Assembly: GCF_000014785.1 (NCBI RefSeq)
Contig: NC_008340.1
Coordinates: 510,001-542,000 of the forward strand
Reading direction: 5' to 3'
Source of the DNA: Alkalilimnicola ehrlichii MLHE-1
GTDB taxonomy: Bacteria; Pseudomonadota; Gammaproteobacteria; Nitrococcales; Halorhodospiraceae
Length of the DNA stretch: 32,000 nucleotides
The notes under the pieces are model-generated. The model saw only the letters and a list, made by a program, of their open reading frames with translations, was not told where the DNA came from and searched no databases. A program made the position numbers and the translations under genes. Shown piece after piece: positions 14,181 through 24,658 of the stretch. Every line of letters starts with the position of its first letter. The stretch's first letter is position 1.

Positions 14181-14486
14181 ATGGCAAAGGTTTCAATGGT
14201 TGAGCGCGAGCGCAAGCGGCAGAAGACGGTCCGCCGCTTTGCCGCGAAGCGCGAGGCGCTGAAGGCGATTATCAACAGCGTTGACGCCACCCAGCAGGAG
14301 CGGTTCGAGGCGCAGCTGAAGTTGCAGAAGCTGCCGCGGGACTCGAGCCCTGTCCGGGGCAGGAACCGCTGCCGTGTGACCGGTCGGCCGAGGGGCTATT
14401 ACCGCAAGTTCGGGCTGGGGCGGAACAAGCTCCGCGAGGCGGCCATGAACGGCGAGATTCCCGGTCTGGTCAAGTCCAGCTGGTAA
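14181..14486 (+). CDS. rpsN: 30S ribosomal protein S14
   Basis: 101 aa. [25 protein letters not shown] and the terminal W are typical of long-form S14. Confidence 0.98.
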   Translation: MAKVSMVERERKRQKTVRRFAAKREALKAIINSVDATQQERFEAQLKLQKLPRDSSPVRGRNRCRVTGRPRGYYRKFGLGRNKLREAAMNGEIPGLVKSSW

Positions 14487-14521
14487 GCCCGCTCGCGCTA
14501 CCCATACAGGCAGGTATAACC

Positions 14522-14917
14522 ATGAGCATGACCGATCCCATTGCTGACATGCTGACCCGCGTTCGCAACGCCCAACGGGCGGAGAAGGCCGAAGTCAGCA
14601 TGCCGTCGTCGAAGATCAAGCAGGCCATCGCCAACGTGCTGAAGGAAGAGGGCTACATCGAGTCCTTTGAGGTCGGCGGCGATGAGAAGAAGCCGGAGCT
14701 GAAGATCAGCTTGCGCTACTACCAGGGCGAGCCGGTGATCCGCGAGCTGGAGCGGGCCTCCAGCCCGGGGCTGCGGCTGTTCAAGGACAAGGGTTCTCTG
14801 CCCCGCGTGCGTAACGGGCTGGGCGTGGCCATTGTCTCCACTTCCAAGGGCGTGATGACCGACCGTGCCGCCAGGGAGGCGGGTCACGGTGGTGAGGTGC
14901 TCTGCTACGTCTTCTAA
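14522..14917 (+). CDS. rpsH: 30S ribosomal protein S8
   Basis: 131 aa starting [17 protein letters not shown]. Confidence 0.99.
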   Translation: MSMTDPIADMLTRVRNAQRAEKAEVSMPSSKIKQAIANVLKEEGYIESFEVGGDEKKPELKISLRYYQGEPVIRELERASSPGLRLFKDKGSLPRVRNGLGVAIVSTSKGVMTDRAAREAGHGGEVLCYVF

Positions 14918-14930
14918 GGCAGGTTGAACA

Positions 14931-15464
14931 ATGTCGAGAGTAGCGAAACGACCCGTCAAGGTGCCGTCCGGAGTGGAGGTCAAGCTTGATGGGCAGGACG
15001 TCAAGGTAAAGGGCCCGAAGGGCGAGCTGGCCTGGACGGTTCACGATTGGGTGGCCGTTGAGCAGGCAGACGGCGAGCTGCGGGTTCAGGCGCAACTGGA
15101 TGACCGGCGCGCGGTTGCCCTGGCTGGGACCACCCGGGCCCTTCTGAACAACATGGTCACCGGGGTGAGCCAGGGCTTCGAGCGCAAGCTCGAGCTGCGT
15201 GGCGTTGGCTACCGGGCGCAGGTCCAGGGCAAGAACCTGAACCTGACCCTGGGCTTCAGCCATCCGGTGGATTACCCGGTTCCCGAGGGGATCACCATCG
15301 AGGCGCCCAGCCAGACGGAAATCGTCGTCAAGGGCGCTGACAAGCAACAGGTGGGCGAGGTCGCCGCGCAGATCCGGGCGTTCCGGCCGCCGGAGCCCTA
15401 CAAGGGCAAAGGCGTGCGGTACGCGGATGAGCGCGTGGTCCTCAAGGAAGCCAAGAAGAAGTAG
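14931..15464 (+). CDS. rplF: 50S ribosomal protein L6
   Basis: 177 aa starting [15 protein letters not shown], with [11 protein letters not shown]. Confidence 0.99.
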   Translation: MSRVAKRPVKVPSGVEVKLDGQDVKVKGPKGELAWTVHDWVAVEQADGELRVQAQLDDRRAVALAGTTRALLNNMVTGVSQGFERKLELRGVGYRAQVQGKNLNLTLGFSHPVDYPVPEGITIEAPSQTEIVVKGADKQQVGEVAAQIRAFRPPEPYKGKGVRYADERVVLKEAKKK

Positions 15465-15478
15465 GCAGGTTCAGGCGT

Positions 15479-15832
15479 ATGGATAAGAAAGCAACCCGTT
15501 TGCGGCGTGCGCGCCGGGCCCGCGCCAAGATCGCCGAGCTCAAGGTGCATCGGTTGAGCGTGCACCGCACGCCGCGGCACATGTATGCGCAGATCATCGC
15601 CCCGGACGGCGGCCGCACCCTGGTCGCCGCTTCGACGGTGGAGAAGGATCTGCGCAGCCGGGCCGAGGGCACCGGCAACTGCTCGGCCGCTGCCGAGGTG
15701 GGCCGGCTCATCGCCGAGCGTGCCAAGGCCGCAGGTGTTGAGCGCGTGGCCTTCGATCGCTCCGGCTTCAAGTATCATGGCCGGGTGAAGACGCTGGCAG
15801 ATGCCGCCCGCGAGGCCGGCCTGCAATTCTAA
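15479..15832 (+). CDS. rplR: 50S ribosomal protein L18
   Basis: 117 aa. [16 protein letters not shown] and [26 protein letters not shown]. Confidence 0.99.
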   Translation: MDKKATRLRRARRARAKIAELKVHRLSVHRTPRHMYAQIIAPDGGRTLVAASTVEKDLRSRAEGTGNCSAAAEVGRLIAERAKAAGVERVAFDRSGFKYHGRVKTLADAAREAGLQF

Positions 15833-15847
15833 TCAGGGGCAGGATTC

Positions 15848-16348
15848 ATGGCGAATACTGACGCACAGAATGACGGCCTTCGCGAGAAGCTGGTCGCGAT
15901 CAACCGGGTCGCCAAAGTCGTCAAGGGCGGCCGGCAGTTCGGTTTCACCGCGCTGGCCGTGGTAGGTGATGGTGACGGCCAGGTGGGCTTCGGCTACGGC
16001 AAGGCGCGTGAGGTGCCGGCCGCCATCCAGAAGGCGATGGAAAAGGCGCGGGCCAACATGAAGCGGGTTCACCTCGATGGGGGCACGCTGCAGTACGCGG
16101 TCACGGCCAACCACGGCTCGTCCAAGGTCTACATGCAGCCAGCGTCGGCCGGTACCGGCATCATCGCCGGCGGGGCTATGCGCGCGGTTTTTGAGGTGGT
16201 GGGTGTCCAGGACGTGCTGGCCAAGGCGATCGGTTCCCGCAACCCCATCAACGTGGTGCGCGCCACCATCAAGGGGCTGACGGACGTGGACTCCCCGGAT
16301 GCCGTTGCGGCCCGCCGGGGCAAGAAGGTTGAGGACATCGTAGGCTAG
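15848..16348 (+). CDS. rpsE: 30S ribosomal protein S5
   Basis: 166 aa. [16 protein letters not shown] and [13 protein letters not shown]. Confidence 0.99.
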   Translation: MANTDAQNDGLREKLVAINRVAKVVKGGRQFGFTALAVVGDGDGQVGFGYGKAREVPAAIQKAMEKARANMKRVHLDGGTLQYAVTANHGSSKVYMQPASAGTGIIAGGAMRAVFEVVGVQDVLAKAIGSRNPINVVRATIKGLTDVDSPDAVAARRGKKVEDIVG

Positions 16349-16350
16349 CC

Positions 16351-16539
16351 ATGACGACTCAAAAGCAGCTCAAGGTGACCCAGAAGCGCAGCACCGTCGG
16401 CCGGATTGCCAGCCACAAGGCCTGTGTGGCCGGTCTGGGTCTGCGCCGCATCAATCACAGCGTGGTGGTGGCCGATACCCCGGAGAACCGGGGCATGATC
16501 AACAAGGTGGCCTACCTCCTGGAAGTCGAGGAGTGCTGA
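16351..16539 (+). CDS. rpmD: 50S ribosomal protein L30
   Basis: 62 aa. [12 protein letters not shown] and [12 protein letters not shown]. Confidence 0.97.
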   Translation: MTTQKQLKVTQKRSTVGRIASHKACVAGLGLRRINHSVVVADTPENRGMINKVAYLLEVEEC

Positions 16540-16540
16540 C

Positions 16541-16975
16541 ATGCGTTTGAATTCCCTCCGTCCGGCCGCCGGCAGCCGTCCCGACGCGAACCGCGTCGGC
16601 CGCGGTGCGGGTACCGGCAATGGCAAGACCGCCGGCCGTGGCCACAAGGGCCAGCACAGCCGCTCCGGGGGCTTCACCAAGGTCGGCTTCGAGGGCGGTC
16701 AAATGCCCTTGCAGCGCCGGGTGCCGAAAGTGGGCTTCCGCTCCCGCAAGGCGTTGACCCGGGCCGAGGTGCGCTTGTCCGAGCTGAACAAGGTCGAGGG
16801 TGATACCGTGGACCTGCTGACGCTGAAGCAGGCCGGCATCATCAATCGCGGCGTGCGCACGGCCAAGGTGATTGCCTCGGGCAAAGTGGAGCGCGCGGTG
16901 ACGGTGCAGGGGCTGGCGGTCACCAAGGGTGCCCGCGAGGCCATCGAGGCGGCTGGCGGAAAGGTAGAGGCGTAA
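16541..16975 (+). CDS. rplO: 50S ribosomal protein L15
   Basis: 144 aa starting [12 protein letters not shown], with [13 protein letters not shown]. Confidence 0.99.
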   Translation: MRLNSLRPAAGSRPDANRVGRGAGTGNGKTAGRGHKGQHSRSGGFTKVGFEGGQMPLQRRVPKVGFRSRKALTRAEVRLSELNKVEGDTVDLLTLKQAGIINRGVRTAKVIASGKVERAVTVQGLAVTKGAREAIEAAGGKVEA

Positions 16976-18319
16976 GTGGCCACCGGCGGGAGCAATGCGG
17001 CAGGGCTGGGCGGACTCGGCAAGCTGACCGAGGTGCGCCAGCGTCTGGTCTTCGTGCTGATGGCGCTGATTGTCTACCGCATCGGCACCCACATCACGAT
17101 CCCCGGGATCGACCCCGAAGCGCTCGCCGTCATGGTGGAGCAGCAGCGGGGCACGATCCTGGAGATGTTCAACATGTTCGCCGGTGGCGCGTTGGAGCGA
17201 CTCTCCATCTTCGCCCTGGGCATCATGCCGTACATCTCCTCCGCCATCATCATGCAGCTGCTCACGGCGGTGATTCCCACCCTGGAGCGGCTCAAGAAGG
17301 AAGGTGAGGCGGGCCGCCGGAAGATCACCCAGTACACCCGTTACGGGGCGCTCGGGTTGGCGATCTTCCAGGGGATCGGTATCAGTGTCGCGTTGCAGAG
17401 CCAGGGTGTGGCGGCAACGCCCGGGCCGGCCTTTGTGTTCATCAGCACGGTGACGTTGGCCACCGGGACCATGTTCCTGATGTGGCTCGGTGAACAGGTG
17501 ACCGAGCGGGGTATCGGCAACGGTATCTCAATCATCATCTTCGCCGGCATCGTCGCCGGGCTGCCGAGCGCGATCGGCGGCACGCTGGAGCTCAACCGCA
17601 CCGGTGAGATCGGCGCCGGGGTCATCTTGGCGCTGGCGGTGCTGGGTGTCGCGGTGGTCAGCTTCGTGGTGTTCGTGGAGCGGGGTCAGCGCCGGATCAC
17701 GGTGAACTACGCGCGGCGGCAGCAGGGCCGGAAGATGTACCAGGCCCAGAGCAGCCACCTCCCGCTGAAGCTGAACATGGCCGGGGTGATTCCGCCGATC
17801 TTCGCCTCCAGCATTATCCTGTTCCCGTCGACGCTGGGGCAGTGGTTCGGCGAGGGCACCGGGATCGAATGGCTGGGGCCGCTGGCGGCCACGCTGAGCC
17901 CGGGGCAGCCGTTGTATGTGGCGTTCTACGCGGTCGCCATCATCTTCTTCTGCTTCTTCTATACGGCGCTGGTGTTCAACGCCCGCGATACGGCGGACAA
18001 CCTGAAGCGCTCCGGTGCGTTTATCCCGGGGATTCGGCCGGGCGAGCAGACCGCAAAGTACATCGACAGTGTGATGAGCAGGCTCACCTTTTGGGGGGCC
18101 ATCTACATCACCGCCGTCTGTCTGCTGCCGGAGTTCCTGATCCTGTACTGGAACGTGCCTTTCTACTTCGGCGGGACGTCCCTGCTGATTATCGTCATCG
18201 TCATCATGGACTTCATGGCGCAATTGCAGGCCCACCTGGTGTCGCACCAGTACGAGCCGTTGATGAAGAAGGCGAACCTCAAGGGACAGGGTCCGGCCGG
18301 CGGGGGTCTCCTGCGGTGA
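16976..18319 (+). CDS. secY: Preprotein translocase subunit SecY
   Basis: 447 aa. GTG start abuts the rplO stop. Multi-pass hydrophobic protein with an N-terminus ([23 protein letters not shown]) colinear with E. coli SecY. Conserved spc-operon position. Confidence 0.98.
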   Translation: MATGGSNAAGLGGLGKLTEVRQRLVFVLMALIVYRIGTHITIPGIDPEALAVMVEQQRGTILEMFNMFAGGALERLSIFALGIMPYISSAIIMQLLTAVIPTLERLKKEGEAGRRKITQYTRYGALGLAIFQGIGISVALQSQGVAATPGPAFVFISTVTLATGTMFLMWLGEQVTERGIGNGISIIIFAGIVAGLPSAIGGTLELNRTGEIGAGVILALAVLGVAVVSFVVFVERGQRRITVNYARRQQGRKMYQAQSSHLPLKLNMAGVIPPIFASSIILFPSTLGQWFGEGTGIEWLGPLAATLSPGQPLYVAFYAVAIIFFCFFYTALVFNARDTADNLKRSGAFIPGIRPGEQTAKYIDSVMSRLTFWGAIYITAVCLLPEFLILYWNVPFYFGGTSLLIIVIVIMDFMAQLQAHLVSHQYEPLMKKANLKGQGPAGGGLLR

Positions 18320-18328
18320 GACCTGGCG

Positions 18329-18348
18329 GCCCCCGCGCTCGCGGGGGC
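18329..18348 (+). other. GC hairpin 10 nt after the secY stop (intercistronic, possible partial attenuator)
   Basis: GCCCCCGC (18329-18336), loop GCTC, GCGGGGGC (18341-18348). A short T-run (ATTTTCT) appears only 13 nt later. Confidence 0.4.
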
Positions 18349-18432
18349 GCGCTCAGCGGGATTTTCTGATATCCTTCGCGCCCACCCGGGTTCGGGCAGG
18401 CGGGTGACAGGCTTTGGTTTTGGAGACGAATC

Positions 18433-18546
18433 ATGAAAGTACGTGCGTCGGTCAAAAAGATCTGCCGTAACTGCAAGATCGTTCGCCGCAACGGTGTGGT
18501 GCGGGTGATCTGCTCCGACGGCCGGCATAAGCAGCGTCAGGGCTGA
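18433..18546 (+). CDS. rpmJ: 50S ribosomal protein L36 (zinc-ribbon type)
   Basis: My own translation, since the ORF is below the track size cutoff: [37 protein letters not shown]-stop. GGAGA SD 6 nt upstream. C-x2-C-x12-C-x4-H pattern. Canonical position after secY. Confidence 0.97.
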   Translation: MKVRASVKKICRNCKIVRRNGVVRVICSDGRHKQRQG

Positions 18547-18556
18547 GCGGCCGGAG

Positions 18557-18586
18557 TTGCAGCAGGGCACTAGGTTTGGATACAAT
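18557..18586 (+). promoter_or_regulatory. Candidate sigma70 promoter for the alpha operon (rpsM-rpsK-rpsD-rpoA-rplQ)
   Basis: TTGCAG (18557-18562), 18-nt spacer, TACAAT (18581-18586), 40 nt upstream of the rpsM ATG. Confidence 0.4.
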
Positions 18587-18625
18587 CGCGGGTTTTCCGC
18601 GCACTGAGACTGGGAGAGAGGCTTC

Positions 18626-18985
18626 ATGGCCCGTATTGCAGGTGTCAACATTCCCGTCCACAAGCACGCCTGGGTGGCGCTGACCTCTATTTACGGCGTC
18701 GGCCGTACCCGGGCCAAGGCCATCTGCGATGAGGCAGGCGTGCCGCGGGACCGCAAGGTCAAGGAACTCACCGAGCAGGAGCTCGAGGCGATCCGTACCG
18801 CGCTGGGCAAGTACGAGGTCGAGGGTGACCTGCGTCGTGCCGTGGCCATGGACATCAAACGGCTGATGGATCTGGGCTGCTACCGCGGCATCCGTCACCG
18901 TCGCGGTCTGCCGGTACGCGGTCAGCGCACGCAGACCAATGCCCGTACCCGTAAGGGCCCGCGTCGCGGTCCGGCAGGCAAGTAA
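18626..18985 (+). CDS. rpsM: 30S ribosomal protein S13
   Basis: 119 aa starting [10 protein letters not shown], with [19 protein letters not shown]. Confidence 0.99.
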   Translation: MARIAGVNIPVHKHAWVALTSIYGVGRTRAKAICDEAGVPRDRKVKELTEQELEAIRTALGKYEVEGDLRRAVAMDIKRLMDLGCYRGIRHRRGLPVRGQRTQTNARTRKGPRRGPAGK

Positions 18986-19056
18986 CCCGCCTGCCCGCCC
19001 GGCGGGGCAGGGCCGAATAAGGGTTCGAGTGAATCTTCAAGATCAGGATTTAGCAA

Positions 19057-19449
19057 ATGGCGAAAGCAGCGACCCGGTCACGCACTAAGCGTGCCAAGCG
19101 TACGGTGGTTGACGGCATCGCGCACATCAACGCGACCTTCAACAACACGATTATCACCATCACGGACCGCCAGGGCAATGGCCTGGCCTGGGCCAGCGCC
19201 GGCGGCAGTGGCTTTCGTGGCTCCCGTAAGAGCACGCCCTTTGCGGCCCAGGTGGCTTCCGAGCGTGCCGGCCGGGCTGCCCTGGATTACGGCCTGAAAA
19301 ACCTGGAGGTTCGCGTCAAGGGCCCGGGGCCGGGTCGTGAGTCGGCGGTGCGCGCATTGAACGCCGTGGGCTACCGGATCACCAATATTTCCGACGTCAG
19401 CCCCATTCCGCACAACGGCTGCCGGCCGCCCAAGAAGCGCCGCGTCTGA
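19057..19449 (+). CDS. rpsK: 30S ribosomal protein S11
   Basis: 130 aa. [18 protein letters not shown] and [13 protein letters not shown]. Confidence 0.99.
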   Translation: MAKAATRSRTKRAKRTVVDGIAHINATFNNTIITITDRQGNGLAWASAGGSGFRGSRKSTPFAAQVASERAGRAALDYGLKNLEVRVKGPGPGRESAVRALNAVGYRITNISDVSPIPHNGCRPPKKRRV

Positions 19450-19464
19450 TCCAGGAGTTAAGTC

Positions 19465-20085
19465 ATGGCAAGGTACATCGGTCCCACGTGTAAGCTGGCC
19501 CGCCGGGAGGGCACTGACCTCTTCCTGAAGAGCGGCGTCCGGCCGCTGGACAGCAAGTGCAAGCTCGATCAGCCCCCGGGGCCCAAGCTCCAGCGGCGCA
19601 CCCGGATGTCCGACTACGGGCTGCAGCTTCGCGAGAAGCAGAAGGTGCGCCGGATGTACGGCGTGCTTGAGCGGCAGTTCCGCAACTACTACAAGGAAGC
19701 GGCCCGGCAGAAGGGGGCCACCGGCACGGTGCTGCTGCAACTGCTGGAGAGCCGGCTGGACAACGTGGTGTACCGCATGGGGTTTGCCACCACCCGTGCT
19801 GAGGCGCGCCAGCTGGTGAGCCATCGCGGCGTGCAGGTCAACGGCCGAGTGGTCAACGTGCCGTCCATGCAGGTCAGCCCGGGCGATCTGGTGGGCTTGA
19901 AAGAGAAGGCCCAGAAGCAGCTTCGCGTGCAGGCCGCGCTGGAGATGGCGCAGCAGAACGGCTGGCCCGCCTGGGTCGAGGTGGACCCCAAGAAGTTTGA
20001 GGGCACCTACAAGGCCCGTCCGGACCGTGCGGACCTTAGCGCCGAGATCAACGAGTCGCTCATCGTCGAGCTGTACTCCAAGTAA
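19465..20085 (+). CDS. rpsD: 30S ribosomal protein S4
   Basis: 206 aa starting [16 protein letters not shown], with an S4 RNA-binding domain ([24 protein letters not shown]). Confidence 0.99.
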   Translation: MARYIGPTCKLARREGTDLFLKSGVRPLDSKCKLDQPPGPKLQRRTRMSDYGLQLREKQKVRRMYGVLERQFRNYYKEAARQKGATGTVLLQLLESRLDNVVYRMGFATTRAEARQLVSHRGVQVNGRVVNVPSMQVSPGDLVGLKEKAQKQLRVQAALEMAQQNGWPAWVEVDPKKFEGTYKARPDRADLSAEINESLIVELYSK

Positions 20086-20091
20086 TGCCGT

Positions 20092-20113
20092 CGCGGGCGA
20101 GTGGTCGCCCGCG
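20092..20113 (+). other. Perfect 9-bp intercistronic hairpin between rpsD and rpoA
   Basis: CGCGGGCGA (20092-20100), loop GTGG, TCGCCCGCG (20105-20113). No U-tract follows. Confidence 0.45.
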
Positions 20114-20139
20114 CGTCCAGTCGTAGAGAGGTTTCACCG

Positions 20140-21135
20140 ATGCAGGGGACCTTCAGGGATTTCCTCAAGCCGCGCACCGTCGACATCCAGGAACAGGGTG
20201 AGCGACGCGCGAAGATTGTGCTGGAGCCCCTCGAGCGGGGCTTCGGCCACACGCTGGGCAACGCCCTGCGCCGCGTGTTGCTGTCCTCCATGCCGGGCAG
20301 CGCCGTTGTCCAGGCAGAGATCGAGGGTGTCGAGCACGAGTACAGCAGCATGGAGGGGGTTCAGGAAGATGTTGTCGACATCCTGCTGAACCTCAAGAGC
20401 CTGGCCGTGCGGATGCACGATCGGGACGAGGCCGAGCTCACGGTGTCGGTGCAGGGGCCTGGGCCGGTCACCGCGGGCGATATCCAGACCGCCCACGATG
20501 TCGAGGTCAAGAACCCGGAGCTCCTCATTTGCACGCTCACCAAGGCGGTGGCCTTCAACGCCAAGCTGATGGTCGCCCGCGGGCGGGGCTACGAGGCCGC
20601 GACCCAGCGTGATGGGGACGAGGACCGGGTCATCGGGCGCCTGCAGCTCGACGCCAGCTACAGCCCGGTGAAGCGGGTGGCCTACACGGTGGAGAGCGCC
20701 CGCGTTGAGCAGCGGACCAACCTGGACAAGCTGGTCCTCGATGTGGAGACCAACGGTGTGCTGGAGCCGGAGGAGGCGGTGCGTTTCGCCGCCGGCCTGC
20801 TGCGCGATCAGCTCTCGGTGTTCGTGGACCTGGAAGGCGGCGAGTTCGAGGCCGAGCAGGAGGAGCAGGAGCCCGACGTGGATCCGATCCTGCTGCGTCC
20901 GATCGATGAGCTGGAGCTGACCGTCCGGTCCGCCAACTGCCTCAAGGCCGAGAGCATCCACTACGTGGGTGACCTGGTGCAGCGCACTGAGGTCGAGCTG
21001 TTGAAGACGCCGAATCTGGGCAAGAAGTCCCTGACCGAAATCAAGGAGACACTGGCCTCCCACGGCCTGTCCCTTGGTATGAGGCTGGAAAACTGGCCGC
21101 CGGCCGGTCTGGGCGAAGATCGCGTCGTGGGCTGA
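20140..21135 (+). CDS. rpoA: DNA-directed RNA polymerase subunit alpha
   Basis: ATG 20140, preceded by AGAGAGG, gives [12 protein letters not shown] (331 aa). Contains [18 protein letters not shown] and the C-terminal domain [12 protein letters not shown]. The track start at 20101 is an upstream extension. Confidence 0.98.
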
Positions 21136-21172
21136 GGCCCGGTCGGAAACCGAACAGGAAGGGATCAGGAAA

Positions 21173-21586
21173 ATGCGTCACCGTAAATCCGGACGTCAGT
21201 TGGGGCGCAACAGCGCGCACCGCAAGGCCATGTATCGCAACATGGCGGCCTCGCTGTTCAAGCACGAGGCCATCAAGACCACGCTGCCCAAAGCCAAGGA
21301 GCTGCGGCGCGTCGCCGAGCCGCTGATCACCATGGCCAAGAGCGACAGCGTGGCCAGCCGCCGCAAGGCCTTCGACCGCCTGCGCGACAAGGAGGTGGTG
21401 GGCAAGCTGTTCGAGGAGCTGGGGCCGCGCTATCAGGAGCGTCCTGGCGGCTATCTGCGCATCCTCAAATGCGGCTTCCGCCCGGGCGACAACGCGCCCA
21501 TGGCCTTCGTTGAACTGGTGGATCGGCCGCTCCCGGTGGAAGAGGTCGAGGACGAGGACGAAGAGGAAGCCGCAGAGACCAATTGA
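21173..21586 (+). CDS. rplQ: 50S ribosomal protein L17 (with an acidic C-terminal tail)
   Basis: 137 aa starting [20 protein letters not shown]. Tail is [15 protein letters not shown]. Confidence 0.99.
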
Positions 21587-21607
21587 GGGCTTTGCGGGGC
21601 GCTTTCC

Positions 21608-21638
21608 AAAAAAGCCGGGCCTGGCGCCCGGCTTTTTT
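21608..21638 (+). terminator. Rho-independent terminator closing the ribosomal super-cluster (symmetric, potentially bidirectional)
   Basis: AAAAAA-GCCGGGC (21614-21620), loop CTGGC, GCCCGGC (21626-21632), then TTTTTT. It lies 22 nt after the rplQ stop. Confidence 0.85.
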
Positions 21639-21665
21639 GTGCGTGAGCGGTTTTCAGGAGGCGTG

Positions 21666-22430
21666 GTGTTCATCCTTTTCACGGACTTCGGTTATGAGGG
21701 GCCCTACGTCGGGCAGATGAAGGCGGTCCTGTATGCCGGCGCCCCGCAGACGCCGGTGGTCGACCTGATGCACGACGCTCCGGTCTTCCGGCCCGACGCG
21801 GCCGGCCGGTTGCTCGCCGCCTACGGCCGGGGGCTGCCCGGCGGAAGCATTACCCTGGCGGTGGTGGACCCAGGGGTGGGGGGCGAGCGACGGGCACTCG
21901 CCGCCCAGGCGGACGGTCGTTGGTGGCTCGGCCCGGACAACGGCCTGTTGGTCCCGGCGCTGCACCGCTGCCGGGACGTGGCCGTCTGGCAGTTGGCGAC
22001 TCCGGCGGATGCGGCCCCGAGCTTTCACGGGCGTGATCTGTTTGCGCCGGCCGCGCTGCAAGTCCTGAAAGAGGGCCGGGTGTCGGGCCAGGCGCTGCCC
22101 CCCGGTGAGCTGGTAGGCTGGGACGCGGTCGAGCCGGTTCCAGCTATTCTCTATATTGACCGGTACGGCAACGCGGTCACTGGTCTGGACGGGGACGGGT
22201 TGGCCAACACGGCGGTGGTCGAGGCAGGGTATCGGGCCTTCCGATTCGCGCGCACCTTCGGTTGCGTCGCGCCCGGGGAGGCCTTCTGGTACCGCAATTC
22301 CAGCGGCCTAGTGGAGCTGGCCGTCAATCAGGGCCGGGCCGACGAGTGGCCGGGCGTCGAGCTCGGCGCGCCGGTTAAGGTATTCGAAGCTCACGCCGCG
22401 GGGCAACCGGGCGGGGAGGAGTCGTCATGA
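21666..22430 (+). CDS. SAM hydrolase / SAM-dependent halogenase family protein (DUF62, S-adenosyl-L-methionine hydroxide adenosyltransferase-like)
   Basis: Family hallmarks as recalled: N-terminal LFTDFGxxxPYVGQMK, VVDPGVGGERR, GPDNGLL, FHGRDLFAPAA, IDRYGN, and C-terminal SSGLVELAVNQG. AGGAGG lies just upstream. Start is GTG 21666, or 21663. The track ORF from 21510 runs through rplQ and the terminator. Confidence 0.85.
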   Translation: MFILFTDFGYEGPYVGQMKAVLYAGAPQTPVVDLMHDAPVFRPDAAGRLLAAYGRGLPGGSITLAVVDPGVGGERRALAAQADGRWWLGPDNGLLVPALHRCRDVAVWQLATPADAAPSFHGRDLFAPAALQVLKEGRVSGQALPPGELVGWDAVEPVPAILYIDRYGNAVTGLDGDGLANTAVVEAGYRAFRFARTFGCVAPGEAFWYRNSSGLVELAVNQGRADEWPGVELGAPVKVFEAHAAGQPGGEESS

Positions 22431-22672
22431 AGATCCAGATCGATGTGGACGGGAAACCGGAGGAGCTGCGCGCCTTTCTGGGGCTGCCGGACCTCAACCC
22501 GGTGCACGAGGCCATGGTCTCCCATCTGTTGCAACAGCTCGAGGAGAGTCGCGACCCCCAGGCCTTCATGCAGAAGTGGTTCGCCGGGAGCTTGCAGGGG
22601 GCGGAGACGCTGCAGCGGCTGATCCTGGAGAGCCTGCACCGGCCTGGGGCCGGCGCCGGGAAGAAGGACTGA
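22427..22672 (+). CDS. Small conserved-looking hypothetical protein (81 aa), apparently translationally coupled to the SAM hydrolase gene
   Basis: ATG overlaps the upstream stop (ATGA at 22427-22430). Third-position G/C bias is strong and host-like throughout. No signal peptide or TM segment. I do not recognise a function. Confidence 0.65.
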   Translation: MKIQIDVDGKPEELRAFLGLPDLNPVHEAMVSHLLQQLEESRDPQAFMQKWFAGSLQGAETLQRLILESLHRPGAGAGKKD

Positions 22673-22760
22673 CGCCGGCTGGACGCCCCGGGGCCGCCAG
22701 GGCAATGCAGCGCGAAACGGCGCCGAATGGCGCCAATTCTCCGTGAGGCGCGCCGCCATC

Positions 22761-22769
22761 TGCTACAAT
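22761..22769 (+). promoter_or_regulatory. Candidate extended -10 promoter for mdh
   Basis: TGcTACAAT (TGn plus TACAAT at 22764-22769), 85 nt upstream of the mdh ATG. No good -35 box. Confidence 0.35.
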
Positions 22770-22853
22770 CCGTGCTCCGATAAGTAGACCCGGCCTTTAG
22801 CACCCTTGAGGCGAAGGGCCAGTCCATCCAAGAGTTCGAGAGGAGATCGCCCG

Positions 22854-23834
<981 letters not shown>

Positions 23835-23897
23835 TCGACCCCCTTGCCGGCAGCGCCGCCCAACCGGGCCGGCGCGCCGCCGGCAGGCGCTTAACGG

Positions 23898-23935
23898 ACG
23901 CCGTCGCACCCGATTGGGGGCGGCGGCGTTTTTTT
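23898..23935 (+). terminator. Rho-independent terminator of mdh
   Basis: 14-bp stem from 23898-23911 to 23916-29 (one A/G mismatch, one G-U), GATT loop, then T7 (23929-23935). Confidence 0.8.
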
Positions 23936-23956
23936 GGCCGCCCCCAAGCAGCCCGG

Positions 23957-24568
23957 TTACAGCGCGCCGGCCTCCCGCAGTGCTTCTTCAAAGGCGCGTG
24001 CCATCTTTCGGTACCCCTCGGCGTTGGGGTGGACACCGTCGGCTCGTAGCCCGGAGTCGCGGAGGATACGGCCGATCACCCGACCCTCATAGGCCAGGCC
24101 ATACGTCTCGGCCAGATCCCGGTAAAGGGCCGGTGGTCGCGGCGGTAGCGCCGGCTCGGGCACCCCCACCAGCAGCACCGGGACCTCCCGGCGCTGCGCC
24201 TCCTCGATCATCGCCGCCATGTTGGCGCGCAGGCGGTCCATACTCTCCCGGCGCAGGATGTCGTTGCCGCCGTGCATCAGGATCAGCAGGTCCGGCTGGT
24301 GCTCGTTGAGGGCACCGGGCAGGCGCTGTCGGCCCTCGGCCGAGCGCTCGCCAGGGACCCCGGCACGGATTACGGTCCGCCCGGTGAGCGCCTGCAACTG
24401 CTCCGGGTAGCTCTCCCCGCCCGGCGCGCCGGTCCCGTAGGTCAGGCTATCGCCGAAGGCCAGGATGACGCCGTCCTCCGGTAGGGGCGGCAGGGTCTCC
24501 GGTCGGCCGCAAGCGGCCAGCAGGACTAGGAGCAGGACCCACAGCCCAGCGTGCCGGGTTCGCAGCAT
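23957..24568 (-). CDS. SGNH/GDSL hydrolase, TesA-like arylesterase/lysophospholipase, predicted lipoprotein
   Basis: ATG at 24568 gives MLRTRHAGLWVLLLVLLAAC (lipobox L-A-A-C). SGNH blocks are FGDSLTYG, the GVPGE region, HGGND and DGVHP. 203 aa. The longer track ORF (to 24871) has an Arg/Pro-rich non-protein-like extension. Confidence 0.85.
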   Translation of the reverse strand: MLRTRHAGLWVLLLVLLAACGRPETLPPLPEDGVILAFGDSLTYGTGAPGGESYPEQLQALTGRTVIRAGVPGERSAEGRQRLPGALNEHQPDLLILMHGGNDILRRESMDRLRANMAAMIEEAQRREVPVLLVGVPEPALPPRPPALYRDLAETYGLAYEGRVIGRILRDSGLRADGVHPNAEGYRKMARAFEEALREAGAL

Positions 24569-24658
24569 CGTCAATCCGCTCCGACTAGGATAGGGTGAGG
24601 GCAGGTTACCACAGGCGGCTTTCGGGGCCCGGGGCCCAGTACGGCGGAGGAGCGGAAC

